64,000 nucleotides of DNA, from NCBI GenBank assembly GCA_037446635.1, contig JBBIIG010000014.1, positions 16,294 through 80,293 of the forward strand, given 5' to 3'. Within the stretch, counting starts at the first letter, position 1, and the number at the start of each line of letters is the position of its first letter. Below are positions 9,614 to 20,392 of this stretch, in pieces. The notes below the pieces were generated by a model that worked only from the letters and a program-made list of their open reading frames with translations, searched no databases and was not told the DNA's origin. This stretch comes from a bacterium. Its GTDB lineage: Bacteria; Zhuqueibacterota; Zhuqueibacteria; Oceanimicrobiales; Oceanimicrobiaceae. Both the position numbers and the translations under genes were made by a program.

Positions 9614-9750
9614 GAATGAATCAGCCTAACATATTATGAGCAGACGCGCCGCTTGCTGTCACAAATAATCTGGAGTGGGCAGAAAAGCAAGGCCTGAAGT
9701 CAACAATCGCGGCGGCAAATGTGTCGACCGGACGGATGTTGTTAATAATC

Positions 9751-10446
9751 TCAGAAAATCTCAGCTTTCAAAACTTCAGGTTTACAAATGGTGAGCGATT
9801 TTGTCGTGAAGTCGATGACGCTTTCCGCGCGCAGTTCGTTCAAAACCGTGGCGACGGTTTGGCGGCTGGCGCCGGTGAGGTGGGCGATTTCTTCCTGGGA
9901 GAGAAATTTGGGCACAGAGATTTGGCGATCCTTAACTGTGCCAAAGTCTTCCGCAAATCGCAGCAGAAAAATGATGATGCGCTGCCGCACATTTTTAAAA
10001 ATTAGATCTTCGATTTTCGACTCCACCTTGCGCAGCTTTAAGCCCATCAATTTGAGCATGCGCAGGTTGAGCTTTGGATTCTTTTCAAGAAACTTAATGA
10101 AGTCGTTTTTATTCATCGCACAAATCAGCACCTCGTCGAGCGCCTCGGCCATTTCGACGTAGATTTCTCCCTCATCTTCCGCCAGCGCCAACTCTCCAAA
10201 AATTTCGCCCGGTCCGATAACATCCAGAATCGTCTGGCGTCCCTCTGGAGAAAGCCGGGTGATCTTCACATGCCCGGTTTTTAGAAAATAAATATTCTTT
10301 GATTGCGCCTCCGGAAAATAAATGACGCTGTTTTTCCGAAGTTGGCTCATAGAAGTGCGTGCGGCGAGCGCCCTCAATTCCCTCTCGGACAATCCCTCAA
10401 GAATGTTGATGTTTTTTAGATACCAGAGTTTGGTTTTTTCTGACAT
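9751..10446 (-). CDS. Crp/Fnr-family transcriptional regulator
   Basis: cNMP-binding domain (GEIFGELAL) plus C-terminal HTH (EEIAHLTGASRQTVATVLNEL). Confidence 0.9.
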   Translation of the reverse strand: MSEKTKLWYLKNINILEGLSERELRALAARTSMSQLRKNSVIYFPEAQSKNIYFLKTGHVKITRLSPEGRQTILDVIGPGEIFGELALAEDEGEIYVEMAEALDEVLICAMNKNDFIKFLEKNPKLNLRMLKLMGLKLRKVESKIEDLIFKNVRQRIIIFLLRFAEDFGTVKDRQISVPKFLSQEEIAHLTGASRQTVATVLNELRAESVIDFTTKSLTICKPEVLKAEIF

Positions 10447-10621
10447 TATCTATCATTAAAGTTTTGCTCGCGCTTCTAATCAACATCGCGAACGAATTAA
10501 ATATTTCTGCTTTATCTGTTGCTGAACAGTTCTACGGAAGAAAAAGGGATTGAATTTTGTCATTAATATAGTAACTTTATGTAGCTAATGAAATAAGCTC
10601 TTAAATCGAGCGGAAAATCCA

Positions 10622-12943
10622 ATGCCCGCTTTTCGTTTGCCATCTCAAAAGAATTTCATTATACTCATTACCTCAGTATGTGTGATCGCCGTTCTTGTCG
10701 TGTTCGGCCGATCCATCTTCACGCCGTCCTCGGGTTCACATTCATTTTCAGCGGAGGCTTTGCCAGTGCAATCTGATTCCAGCAAATTTAAAAATACTAT
10801 TGAAGCCGTCATCCAGCGTCATCTCGCGGCTGGTGAAAAACCGAATCGGCTCATCCATGAAAAAAGTCCGTACTTGCTGCAGCACGCCTTTAATCCCGTG
10901 CATTGGTATCCGTGGGGCGAAGAAGCGTTCGAAAAAGCGCGCCGGGAAGATAAGCCGATTTTTCTGTCGATTGGATACTCCACTTGCTACTGGTGTCACG
11001 TGATGGAGCGAGAGGTGTTTGAAAACGACTCCCTCGCCGCGCTCATGAACCAGTACCTGGTGAGCATCAAAGTTGATCGCGAGGAGCGCCCGGACGTGGA
11101 CCGCGTTTACATGACAGCGCTGCAGGCCATGACCGGCAGCGGCGGCTGGCCCATGTCCATGTTTTTGACGTCGGATCTCAAGCCATTTTACGGCGCCACT
11201 TACATTCCACCGCACGCCAAGTGGGGGCGGCCCGGTTTCGGCGAAATCATCACCCGAATTCATGAGGTGTGGACCAGTAATCGCCAGGTCGTTTTGGAGA
11301 ACAGCCAGAAGATGGCGGATTACCTGAAGCAAGTGTCGATCCCCAAATTAGATGCGGCCAAAGCCGATCAGCTCGCGCTGCAGCGTGGGTTCGAGTCCTT
11401 TGCTGAAAGTTTTGATTCTGTCACCGCCGGCTTTGGCGGCGCCCCGAAATTTCCGCGGCCCGTGGCGTTCAATTTTCTTTTGCGCTACTACAGCCGAACT
11501 GGCGAGAAAAAAGCGCTCGACATGTCCCTGGCGACCCTCATTAATATGGCGAAAGGCGGCATGTACGATCACATCGGCGGCGGCTTTCACCGCTATGCCA
11601 CCGATGAGCGCTGGCACGTTCCCCACTTCGAAAAAATGTTGTACGATCAGGCGCAGTTGGCGATTTCTTATCTTGAGGCTTTTCAAATTACCAACGAGCC
11701 GTTTTACGCCGATGTCGCTCAGGATGTGCTGTCCTATGTCCAGCGCAACTTGACCCACTCCGAAGGCGGATTCTACTCCGCGGAAGATGCGGAGAGCGCC
11801 GTTGATCCCCAAAAGCCGCAGGAAAAGGAAGAGGGGGCGTTTTACGTTTGGACCAAAAGTGAAATCGACGAGCTCCTCTCGCCCGAGGAAGTCCGTTTGT
11901 TCGACTTTCATTTTGGTGTGAAAAACGACGGCAACGTGATCGCCGATCCCCATCAGGAATTTGTGGGAGAAAATATCCTCTATATTGCCCACACGCCGGA
12001 AGAGACGGCAAAGCAATTTAATATCTCAATCGATGAGGTGCTCGCCGCACTTTCGTCGGCACGGCAAAAATTATTTCAGGCCCGGGAAAAACGGCCGCGT
12101 CCCCATCTCGATGATAAGATTTTGGTGTCGTGGAACGGGCTGATGATTTCGGCGTTTGCGCGCGCGCATCAGGTTCTCGACGAGGTGAAATATCGTGACG
12201 CCGCGGAGCGCGCCGCGAAATTCATTTTGACGAAGTTGTATAATGAAAAGAAGAAGCAGCTTTTGCGGCGCTACCGCGCTGGCGAAGCCCGCTTCGACGC
12301 TCATCTCGAGGATTATGCGTTTTTGATTCAGGGACTAATCGATTTGTATGAATCTACATTTGACATACAGTGGTTGATGACAGCCATCGAATTGACCGAG
12401 CAACAAACCCAACTTTTTTATGATCAAGACGCGGGCGGATTTTTTGATACCTCAGGCGAAGACAAATCCATTCTCGTCCGCACCAAAGAATCGTACGACG
12501 GCGCGGAGCCCACCGGCAATTCCATTGCCATTTTGAATCTGCTGCGGTTGTCGCAAATGATCGACCGTCAGAAGTGGCGCGTGCTGGCAGAAAAATCGCT
12601 GGCTTATTTTGGCAGCCAGATGCTGAATATTCCGCAAGGGCTGGCGCAATTCTTGGTCGCACTTGATTTCAGTTTGTCGAAACCGAAACAGATTATCATT
12701 GCGGGAAAAGCCGACGATCCGCACACTGGCAACCTGCTGGCAGAGGTTCACAAGCGATTTATCCCCAACAAAATAATTTTGCTGGCCGATGGCGCGCAAG
12801 GCCAGAAAACGCTGGCTTCGTACGTTCCATTTATCGACAGTGTGCGAATGATCGATGGCAAGCCCACGGCGTATATTTGCGAAAATTATGCGTGCCAGTT
12901 GCCGACTTCTGATCCGCAAACAATGGTAAAATTGCTGCAATAA
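10622..12943 (+). CDS. YyaL/DUF255 thioredoxin-domain protein with a C-terminal six-hairpin glycosidase-like domain
   Basis: ..[49 protein letters not shown].. is the hallmark of the YyaL/SSP411 family. 773 aa. Confidence 0.9.
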   Translation: MPAFRLPSQKNFIILITSVCVIAVLVVFGRSIFTPSSGSHSFSAEALPVQSDSSKFKNTIEAVIQRHLAAGEKPNRLIHEKSPYLLQHAFNPVHWYPWGEEAFEKARREDKPIFLSIGYSTCYWCHVMEREVFENDSLAALMNQYLVSIKVDREERPDVDRVYMTALQAMTGSGGWPMSMFLTSDLKPFYGATYIPPHAKWGRPGFGEIITRIHEVWTSNRQVVLENSQKMADYLKQVSIPKLDAAKADQLALQRGFESFAESFDSVTAGFGGAPKFPRPVAFNFLLRYYSRTGEKKALDMSLATLINMAKGGMYDHIGGGFHRYATDERWHVPHFEKMLYDQAQLAISYLEAFQITNEPFYADVAQDVLSYVQRNLTHSEGGFYSAEDAESAVDPQKPQEKEEGAFYVWTKSEIDELLSPEEVRLFDFHFGVKNDGNVIADPHQEFVGENILYIAHTPEETAKQFNISIDEVLAALSSARQKLFQAREKRPRPHLDDKILVSWNGLMISAFARAHQVLDEVKYRDAAERAAKFILTKLYNEKKKQLLRRYRAGEARFDAHLEDYAFLIQGLIDLYESTFDIQWLMTAIELTEQQTQLFYDQDAGGFFDTSGEDKSILVRTKESYDGAEPTGNSIAILNLLRLSQMIDRQKWRVLAEKSLAYFGSQMLNIPQGLAQFLVALDFSLSKPKQIIIAGKADDPHTGNLLAEVHKRFIPNKIILLADGAQGQKTLASYVPFIDSVRMIDGKPTAYICENYACQLPTSDPQTMVKLLQ

Positions 12944-13034
12944 ATAATAAAATTGGGAACTAAAGAAAAGCTGACGGATTAAAAAACACGTCAAACCAAT
13001 CAATTCAACATATCAAAATTTCAAGGAGGTAATC

Positions 13035-13517
13035 ATGAATCGTCCCCCGCGTCTATTGACTTGTTTGTTCAGCATGGTCGTTCTTCTCATGTTTGGCCTT
13101 GCCGCCGGCTTTACGCAGGAACACCCCGAACATCCGAAGCAGGAACATCCGAAAAAAGAGCACCCGAAGGCCGCCGTTAATATCACTAAAGAATCGCTGG
13201 CCGAAGCGATTGAAGGCTACATCCAAAAAGACACGGCTTTGAAAGGCGGCTTTTTCTGCGTTTATGATGCGCAGGCAAAAGCTCCGCTGGCGCTCAAGTT
13301 GGACAAAGTGCATCAGGACAAATTGGCGAAGGTGAGCGATGGCCTCTATTTCGCGTGCAGCGACTTCAAGACCGCCGACGGCAAAACCTACGATCTCGAT
13401 TTCTTTATGAAGGCCACCGACTCCGGGCTGGAAGTGAGTGAGGTGATGATCCACAAAGAAGCCGGCGTCGCCCGCTACGGCTGGGTGGAAGAAGGCGGCG
13501 TGTGGACGCGCAAATAA
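13035..13517 (+). CDS. Secreted hypothetical protein with His-Pro repeats (EHPEHPKQEHPKKEHPK)
   Basis: RBS AAGGAGG. Signal peptide. A short HP(E/K) repeat region suggests metal binding. No family recognised. Confidence 0.6.
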   Translation: MNRPPRLLTCLFSMVVLLMFGLAAGFTQEHPEHPKQEHPKKEHPKAAVNITKESLAEAIEGYIQKDTALKGGFFCVYDAQAKAPLALKLDKVHQDKLAKVSDGLYFACSDFKTADGKTYDLDFFMKATDSGLEVSEVMIHKEAGVARYGWVEEGGVWTRK

Positions 13518-13546
13518 CGCTTTGCCTGAAAGAGTCGGCGTTAAGT

Positions 13547-13642
13547 GATTGGAGTGATGGAGCGTCCATCGTGAAGTGATAAAGGGGAGTAATGGAAAAA
13601 CAACGCATCAATCCATTAATCCAGCAATCCATCACTCCATTA
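13547..13642. repeat. 8-bp-periodic GGAKTRWT repeat arrays in inverted arrangement, family F
   Basis: GATTGGAGTGATGGAG..GGGGAGTAATGG on the + strand, then CATCAATCCATTAATCCAGCAATCCATCACTCCATTA in reverse-complement orientation. It lies just upstream of gene 13668. Confidence 0.45.
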
Positions 13643-13667
13643 TATATTAACTTGGGAGAATAGCCGC

Positions 13668-14663
13668 TTGAACAAAATAACGCTTTTGCTTTTCATTAGC
13701 CTCGCCGGTGCCGCCGGTCTTCTTTCCTGCACAAAATCCCCCGCACATTCCAACGATTTGACGAGAAGAATTCAGTTCTCGTATGCCTTCACCGTGAAAA
13801 ACATCCCGCCAGATGCCAAGCGCGTTGACATCTGGGCGCCCGTTCCGCAATCGGATGCGTGGCAAAGCATTTCGAACCTCGAAGTTAGGTGCCAAGCTCC
13901 GTACTCGTTCGAGACCGAGCCGGAATATGGCAACTCGATTCTTCGGGTATCCGCGAATGGCAGCGTTCCCGACAGCCTTTCGGTGGTGATGAATTTTTCG
14001 GTGACGAGGACGGGCTACCACCTTTTGAAAGGCGAGGATGAATCTGTGGGGGCGGTTTCCGAAAAAATCCGCCAGCGTTTTCTCGCTCCGGATCGCTTGA
14101 TTCCCATCGACGGCAAAATCGCGGAGGAAGCAAAAAAAGTCGTGCGCGAGGACATGCCGCCGCTCGAAAAAGCCCGCGCCATTTATGATCACGTCGCCCG
14201 CACGCTCAAGTATGACAAAAGCGGCGCCGGCTGGGGCCTCGGGGACGCGCTCTACGCTTGTGATGTCCGCGCCGGCAATTGTACCGATTTCCATTCGCTG
14301 TTTATCGGCATGGCGCGCGCCAGCGGCATCCCCGCGCGTTTTGTGATTGGATTTCCGCTGCCGGAAGATGCGGCCGTAGGCGAGATTCCCGGCTATCATT
14401 GCTGGGCGGAATTTTATATCGATGGCAGGGGATGGCTGCCGGTGGATGCTTCGGAAGCTAGCAAACATCCGGAAAAATGGCATGATCTCTTCGGCGGTCT
14501 CGATCCTCACCGTGTCCAGTTCACAGTTGGCCGCGACATTCAAATCCCGTCTTTAGCTCAGTCTGAGCCCCTCAATTATCTCATTTATCCCTATGTGCTG
14601 ATCGATGGCCAGCCACATGAGAAGGTAGAGCGGCAGTTCCGGTTTTCGGAGTTGACGAATTGA
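13668..14663 (+). CDS. Transglutaminase-like cysteine-protease-domain lipoprotein
   Basis: TTG start with RBS GGGAGA. Lipobox LLSC. ..YACDVRAGNCTDFHSLFIGMARASGIPARFVIGF..GYHCWAEFYIDGRGWLPVDASE has the Cys-His-Asp transglutaminase-core signature. Confidence 0.85.
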   Translation: MNKITLLLFISLAGAAGLLSCTKSPAHSNDLTRRIQFSYAFTVKNIPPDAKRVDIWAPVPQSDAWQSISNLEVRCQAPYSFETEPEYGNSILRVSANGSVPDSLSVVMNFSVTRTGYHLLKGEDESVGAVSEKIRQRFLAPDRLIPIDGKIAEEAKKVVREDMPPLEKARAIYDHVARTLKYDKSGAGWGLGDALYACDVRAGNCTDFHSLFIGMARASGIPARFVIGFPLPEDAAVGEIPGYHCWAEFYIDGRGWLPVDASEASKHPEKWHDLFGGLDPHRVQFTVGRDIQIPSLAQSEPLNYLIYPYVLIDGQPHEKVERQFRFSELTN

Positions 14664-14675
14664 ACGCGGAGTGAA

Positions 14676-15425
14676 TTGTTGACATCAAAAAAAATCACCC
14701 TGACGGCGCTCCGAAAAGCGCTGCGCCAGGTTGCGGAAAAAGAGCGGGTGCCGGTGCTCATGCGCTTTTTCAAAACCGGAAAAGGAGAATACGGCTACGG
14801 CGATGTTTTTTTAGGCGTCACGGTGCCGAACAGCCGCAAGGTCGCCAAGCAATTCGCTGCCCTTTCATTTCCCGATCTCGAGACACTGCTGCACTCGAAA
14901 TTCCACGAGGAGCGGCTTGTGGCTTTGCTGATTTTGGTTAAAAAATTTGCTCGTGCGGATGAGTCAACGAAGAAGCAGATATACCAGTTCTATCTCGCAG
15001 AGACAAAATGGATAAACAATTGGGATTTAGTCGATCTTTCTGCCGAATACATCATCGGGGAATATTTGCTTTCACATCCGGCGGAAAATGGGGGCATACT
15101 CGCTGAGCTCGCCGTTTCGCCCAATCTTTGGGAGCGGCGCATTGCGGTGCTTTCGACCTTCGCTTTCATCAAAGCCGGCCGGGCAGAAGAGACGATGCGC
15201 ATCGCGGAGATGTTGCTCTCTGATAAGCATGATCTCATTCACAAAGCCGTTGGCTGGATGCTGCGCGAAGTGGGCAAGCGTGTTTCGAAAGAAGAAGAAA
15301 AGAAGTTTCTCGATGCTCATGCGCACCGCATGCCGCGCACCATGCTGCGCTACGCCATCGAGCATTTCCCAGAGTCTGTGCGCAGAAAGTACCTGTCCAT
15401 GAAAGCGGCCAGAGCTTCCAACTAA
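14676..15425 (+). CDS. DNA alkylation repair enzyme (AlkD/AlkC-like HEAT-repeat glycosylase family)
   Basis: ..FFKTGKGEYGYGDVFLGVTVP..WINNWDLVDLSA..LWERRIAVLSTF.. is typical of the DNA_alkylation family. Confidence 0.8.
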   Translation: MLTSKKITLTALRKALRQVAEKERVPVLMRFFKTGKGEYGYGDVFLGVTVPNSRKVAKQFAALSFPDLETLLHSKFHEERLVALLILVKKFARADESTKKQIYQFYLAETKWINNWDLVDLSAEYIIGEYLLSHPAENGGILAELAVSPNLWERRIAVLSTFAFIKAGRAEETMRIAEMLLSDKHDLIHKAVGWMLREVGKRVSKEEEKKFLDAHAHRMPRTMLRYAIEHFPESVRRKYLSMKAARASN

Positions 15426-15681
15426 TCTCATTCGCACCAATAGACAAATAAACCCGATATTTCGATCCCCCTGAAATATCGGATTCTACCTCGATTTTTT
15501 CCCTCAACTAATCCTTATTTCAAAGCCCCGTAAGTTTCTTTATCAACATCCGTTTGTAATTCCAAGCAGGCGGCTGTTTTTATTTTGGCACAGCGCTTGT
15601 TTAATCCTGAGCCGTCGACAAACTCAGTTTTGGCTAATTAGCTGTACAATTTACAAACCTTGAAAATAAGGAGAACAATTA

Positions 15682-16169
15682 ATGAAAAAATTAACCCTTT
15701 TCTCGGCCATTTTTTTTCACTGCGCTGACGCTCGCGATGGCCGGCTCGGTTTTTACCGTTCAAATGACGAAGTCGGAAACGCGCAGTAATATCGAACGCT
15801 ACAATCTCGATGACACCCGCATTGCGCTGGCCGACTACAGCCCGGTTTCCCATTTCGAAAAAAGGCAAAACCGAGCGCGGCAAGAAGGAATTCAAAGCCG
15901 AGCATCGCGGCATCAAGTACTACTATTTCACCAGCGAGGCTCAGCGGCAGAAATTTCTGAATAACCCCGAAAAGTACGAGCCGGCGTTTGGCGGCGGAGT
16001 CGAATTGAGCTTGGCCGGAAATCAGGTTTTTCAACGGGCAAAAAGCGGCGACACCAGCGGCGTCTTTTCCGTGGTGGAGCTGGTTTCTCGGCCGGGAACT
16101 GGAGTTTATTTTGTCCAACTGGACACCACCAAACAGACCATCGTTCGTCAAGTCACTTTGCAAAAATAA
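15682..16169 (+). pseudogene. YHS-domain-like secreted protein, apparently disrupted by two +1 frameshifts at homopolymers (T8 at 15710-15717 and A6 at 15858-15863)
   Basis: Strong RBS AAGGAG before ATG 15682. Three successive frames (15682-15789, 15737-15964, 15810-16169) join into one coherent ~161-aa protein if one base is removed from each run. The joined protein has a signal peptide and reads ..ADYSPVSHFEKGKTERGKKEFKAEHRGIKYYYFTSEAQRQKFLNNPEKYEP.. These may be sequencing errors. Confidence 0.6.
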
Positions 16170-16234
16170 CCCGCCAATAGATTTCAAATCATCTCATGAA
16201 GGCGCGCCTGCCTTCTGAGTTTCTGATTTTCAAG

Positions 16235-16270
16235 CCCCCGGAGGCAGCAAGTCTTCGGGGGTTTTTATTT
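16235..16270 (+). terminator. Rho-independent terminator after the YHS-like gene
   Basis: CCCCCG-GAGGCAGCAAGTCTT-CGGGGG followed by TTTTTATTT. Confidence 0.6.
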
Positions 16271-16473
16271 CACCCAATCTTCACCTGCCCTTAAGTGAAT
16301 TGTAACTCTCCGAGTCTATATTTTTCTCGCGAAATTAGTTTTGAAAAATTAGACGCGAACACCAGCGACGGACACTTTACTGAAAATTTACTCATTCTTA
16401 AGAAATGTGTAACACGGTAATGTTAAGTATGAACACAAGAATTTCAATTACAGATTCCGAGGCCCTCGACCTG

Positions 16474-17169
16474 ATGACGAAGCGCATTTTAATTGTTGAA
16501 GACGAAGCGGATATCAATATGCTGATCAACCAGCATCTTAGTAATTCCGGTTTCGAGGTGGACTCTGTGTACGATGGGTTCCAGGCGTTGGAAGCTGTGG
16601 AATACGGCCGCTTGGATCTGGTGGTGCTTGACATATTATTGCCCGGAATAGATGGCTGGGAAGTGTGCCAGTTTTTGCGGAAGTCGCACACTACCGTGAA
16701 TGTGCCAATCGTGTTTCTTTCGGCGCTCAACAGCGAAGTGGAGCGCATCAAGGGGTTTGATCTGGGCGGCGACGATTATTTAGTCAAACCGTTTTCGCCG
16801 CGCGAGTTGGTGTCGCGAATCAAAGCGGTGCTCAAGCGCAGCGAAAACGGCGCCGCGGGAAAAAACCTGCACAGCGTCGGCGATTTGAACATCGATGATT
16901 TAAAGCATCAGGTGAATGTGGACGGCAGGCACCTTCATTTGACCGGCAGTGAATTTCTGCTTCTTCATCTACTAATCTCACATGAAGGCAGAGTCTTTTC
17001 GCGCCAGGAACTACTTGATGCCATTGGCGGCGAAAATCAAGTTTTGGAGTATGGCAACGTTGATGTGCACGTTCATAACATCCGCCAAAAAATCGAAAAA
17101 AATCCCAAACAGCCGCAATACATTCAAACGGTTTGGGGCGTGGGTTATCGCTTCAGAAATTCCAAATGA
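16474..17169 (+). CDS. OmpR/PhoB-family response regulator (REC plus winged-helix); no adjacent histidine kinase
   Basis: KRILIVEDEADI..LDLVVLDILLPGIDGWEV..YLVKPFSPRELVSRIKAVLKR..QTVWGVGYRF. Start taken at ATG 16474 (MTKRIL...); the ORF track begins at 16405. Confidence 0.85.
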   Translation: MTKRILIVEDEADINMLINQHLSNSGFEVDSVYDGFQALEAVEYGRLDLVVLDILLPGIDGWEVCQFLRKSHTTVNVPIVFLSALNSEVERIKGFDLGGDDYLVKPFSPRELVSRIKAVLKRSENGAAGKNLHSVGDLNIDDLKHQVNVDGRHLHLTGSEFLLLHLLISHEGRVFSRQELLDAIGGENQVLEYGNVDVHVHNIRQKIEKNPKQPQYIQTVWGVGYRFRNSK

Positions 17170-17190
17170 GCTTAAATAAGGAGTTGTGCT

Positions 17191-17460
17191 ATGAATGTAG
17201 TAATAAAGCGCTTGCAAATTTTTTCAGCCAGCGTTTCGCACCAGTCGCAATGGCAGTTAGTGCTGACCACGATGGCGCATTCATTCTGGCTGCTTGCGAA
17301 GAGCCTCAAGATCGTGGCGATTTTGCACAAGGAGATGTTTGACTATTTGCTTGGCCGCATGGATTCGGGCATTGTCATGAAACGCAATATCTTCAATCGT
17401 TATGGGACCTGGTTCGTGGATATTCGCGAACTGATTCATGAGGAAATGGGAGTGAAATAA
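17191..17460 (+). CDS. Small hypothetical protein (89 aa)
   Basis: Good RBS AAGGAG 7 nt before ATG. No recognisable domain. It immediately follows the response regulator. Confidence 0.5.
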   Translation: MNVVIKRLQIFSASVSHQSQWQLVLTTMAHSFWLLAKSLKIVAILHKEMFDYLLGRMDSGIVMKRNIFNRYGTWFVDIRELIHEEMGVK

Positions 17461-17495
17461 ATTCTTTCAAAACTAAAACTCGAGGTGAAGTAAGA

Positions 17496-20360
17496 ATGAA
17501 AGTGATCAAAATGTTTTTTGCCGTGGGTGTGATTGTTGTGGTTAGCAGTACTTCGGTGTTCGCGAATGGTTACGCGCGCATCACTGGCACGCTGGTCGAT
17601 GCCGAAACCGGCGAGCCGCTGATTGGCGCCAACGTGTTTTTGGAAAACACCACCATCGGCGCCGCCAGCGATCTCGAAGGCCGCTTTACCATCGCCAAAA
17701 TTCCTTCCGGAAATTACACGGTGGTGGTTTCCATTATTGGCTATTCCACCCGCAAGCTGGCCGATGTTAAAATCGTTGCCGGGGAAACAGTCACTCTTAA
17801 TTTGGCGTTGACGCCGGAAGCCGTTGCCACCGCGGACGTGATTGTCACCGCTGCACTGTTAACCAACACCGAGGCCTCGCTTCTGCGGCAGCGCCAGAAA
17901 TCCATTGCCGTTAGCGACGCCATCAGCGCCGAGGCGATTTCGCGTTCGGCGAGCGGATCGGCTGCCGATGCTATGGAGCAGGTGACTGGCGCCTCCATCG
18001 TCGATGGGCGATACATTTACGTGCGCGGTCTCGGCGATCGTTATATGAACACTCAGCTCAACGGCACGCTTCTCCCCAGCGCCGATCCCAACCGCAACAC
18101 GGTTGCGATGGATTTGTTTCCCGCAAAGTTTATCGAGAACATCGTCACCACCAAAACCTTCACGCCGGACAAACCCGGCAACTTCACCGGCGGCAGTGTA
18201 AACATCACCACCAAGTCGTTTCCCGAGCGCTTCTCCATGTCCTTTTCGGCCTCGTCTGCGTTCAATACTCAGACCTCACTGAAAAGCGGACTGACTTATC
18301 CCGGCGGCGATTTAGATTGGCTGGGATTCGATGATGGCACCCGCGATATTCCAGATCCGCTGACGGATCCGAACGTCGTGATCCCGAACATTGGTTCAGC
18401 GTTTACTAATCGCGAACAAGCGTTGGAGTTGGATCGGCTATCAAAGGCATTCAATCCGGTTATGTCGGTCTCCTCAAAAGACGCGCCGGTGGATCAAAGC
18501 TACGCTTTTTCAGTGGGAAACCAGTTGAGTTTGTTGGGCAAGCCGCTGGGATTTTTTATGAGCCTCAGTTACAATCGCAGCTTTTCTTCCTATCATGATG
18601 GACTCACGGCGCAATACAATTTGAGCGGCAAAGTGGCCGAGGTTAACGAGCTGACGAACCTGTTGGAGTTGAACGACTCCAAGAGTTCGGAAGAGGTGTT
18701 GTGGGGCGGTTTGGCCAGCCTCTCTTTCAAGCCCAGCGCCAGCCACAGCCTTCAGGCCAACTTCACCTACAATCGCACTGGTGAATCGCAGGCGCGTTAT
18801 CAAGTCGGTTCGATGCCGCGCGACCTTGCCCCCGGGACGTTTTACGAAACGCGTGTTTTGAAATGGGTCGAGCGCGACCTGCGCTCATTGCAGTTTAGCG
18901 GCGATCACTATTTCAAGAGTCTCTTGAATATGCGGGTGGATTGGGCCAGCTCGCTCACCGGCTCCAAGCAGGATGAGCCAGACCTGCGCTTCTTCAGCAA
19001 CGACTTTACGCCCTCCGTTCGCCAGGGACGAGATACGACCTTCTACGCCATTTCGGTGTCAAACTATTCGCGCCCCGTGCGTTATTACCGCAACCTCGAG
19101 GAAAATATTTGGGACTCGTATCTCAACATTTCCATTCCATTCAAGCAATGGAGCGGTTTGGGCAGCTCGTTCAAATTTGGCGGCGCTTACGGATTGAAAG
19201 ATCGCACCTTTCGCGAGCGGCGCTACGAATATTTTCAATCATCCATTCGCTACAGCGGCGATCCGGAATCGTTTTTCGCCCCAGAAAATGTCGGCATCGT
19301 TGACAGCACCTCGGGCCGGTTCTACCGGTTTGGCAACTACATTGTGGACGCGACTCAGCCCTCCAGCAACTACGATGGCGAACAGGATATTTACGCTGCT
19401 TTTGCCATGATCGATATGCCACTGCTCCGGCGGCTGCGGCTGATCACCGGCTTGCGGTATGAGACGACGCGCATCGAGGTTGCGAGTCAGGATGCCAGCA
19501 AACAAGCAGGCCAGCTTTCAACAAACGATATCTTGCCGGCCACAAACTTGATTTTTCAATTGACTGAAAATATGAACCTGCGCGCGGCGTACGGCCGGAC
19601 TTTGGCGCGCCCGACATTCCGCGAGTTGGCGCCATTCGCTTCTTTCGATTTTATTGGCGATTTCATTTTCGTCGGCAATGCCAATCTCGAACGCACGCTC
19701 ATCGACAACTTCGACCTGCGCTGGGAATGGTTCTCGCGCCCCGGCGAGATTTTTGCGGTCAGTGGATTCTACAAGAATTTCAAAAATCCCATCGAGCGTG
19801 CCATTGTCTCCAACAACAACAACGGACAATTTCAAAATGTTGACAACGCGCGCGTGATTGGGCTGGAATTTGAGCTGCGCAAGCGCCTCGATCAGATTCA
19901 CCCGATTTTGAGCAACTTTCAAATCGGCGGCAATTTCACTCTCATAAATTCGCGAGTGGATATCCCGCAAAAAGAGCTGTTGCCCATTCTCGCGCTCGAC
20001 CCGAATGCCTCGCATCAGCGCCCATTGCAGGGGCAGTCGCCGTACGTTCTGAACCTCGACCTCGGTTACGACAACAACGCCACGGGCACGGCGGTAAGCG
20101 TGTTCTACAATCTGTTTGGCAGGCGCTTGTCCGAAGTCAGTCTCGGCGGCACACCTAATGTGTTCGAGCAAGCGCGCAGCACGCTGGACGTCACGCTTTC
20201 GCAGAAAATCTGGAAAGGGTTCGCATTGAGAGCTTCCGCAAAGAACCTGCTCGATACCAGTGTTCGCAAGTCACACGCTTATAAAGGCCAGGAGTTTGTG
20301 GTTTCCGAGTACAAGTTGGGGCGCACCTTGTCATTTGGAACAAGCTTCAGTATTAATTGA
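17496..20360 (+). CDS. TonB-dependent outer-membrane receptor with an N-terminal carboxypeptidase-regulatory-like domain
   Basis: Signal peptide. CarbopepD_reg-like segment (GTLVDAETGEPLIGANVFLENTTIGAASDLEGRFTI..GNYTVVVS). Plug domain (..VTGASIVDGRYIYVRGLGDRYMNTQLNG..). Barrel ends in ..SFGTSFSIN. Confidence 0.9.
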   Translation: MKVIKMFFAVGVIVVVSSTSVFANGYARITGTLVDAETGEPLIGANVFLENTTIGAASDLEGRFTIAKIPSGNYTVVVSIIGYSTRKLADVKIVAGETVTLNLALTPEAVATADVIVTAALLTNTEASLLRQRQKSIAVSDAISAEAISRSASGSAADAMEQVTGASIVDGRYIYVRGLGDRYMNTQLNGTLLPSADPNRNTVAMDLFPAKFIENIVTTKTFTPDKPGNFTGGSVNITTKSFPERFSMSFSASSAFNTQTSLKSGLTYPGGDLDWLGFDDGTRDIPDPLTDPNVVIPNIGSAFTNREQALELDRLSKAFNPVMSVSSKDAPVDQSYAFSVGNQLSLLGKPLGFFMSLSYNRSFSSYHDGLTAQYNLSGKVAEVNELTNLLELNDSKSSEEVLWGGLASLSFKPSASHSLQANFTYNRTGESQARYQVGSMPRDLAPGTFYETRVLKWVERDLRSLQFSGDHYFKSLLNMRVDWASSLTGSKQDEPDLRFFSNDFTPSVRQGRDTTFYAISVSNYSRPVRYYRNLEENIWDSYLNISIPFKQWSGLGSSFKFGGAYGLKDRTFRERRYEYFQSSIRYSGDPESFFAPENVGIVDSTSGRFYRFGNYIVDATQPSSNYDGEQDIYAAFAMIDMPLLRRLRLITGLRYETTRIEVASQDASKQAGQLSTNDILPATNLIFQLTENMNLRAAYGRTLARPTFRELAPFASFDFIGDFIFVGNANLERTLIDNFDLRWEWFSRPGEIFAVSGFYKNFKNPIERAIVSNNNNGQFQNVDNARVIGLEFELRKRLDQIHPILSNFQIGGNFTLINSRVDIPQKELLPILALDPNASHQRPLQGQSPYVLNLDLGYDNNATGTAVSVFYNLFGRRLSEVSLGGTPNVFEQARSTLDVTLSQKIWKGFALRASAKNLLDTSVRKSHAYKGQEFVVSEYKLGRTLSFGTSFSIN

Positions 20361-20392
20361 GGCACTCAAGGATTATCAATAGGTGAACCAAC

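Noticed and set aside
11348-12016. 222-aa minus-strand ORF inside the YyaL gene
   Set aside because: It is antisense to a gene with a hallmark motif and has no independent support.
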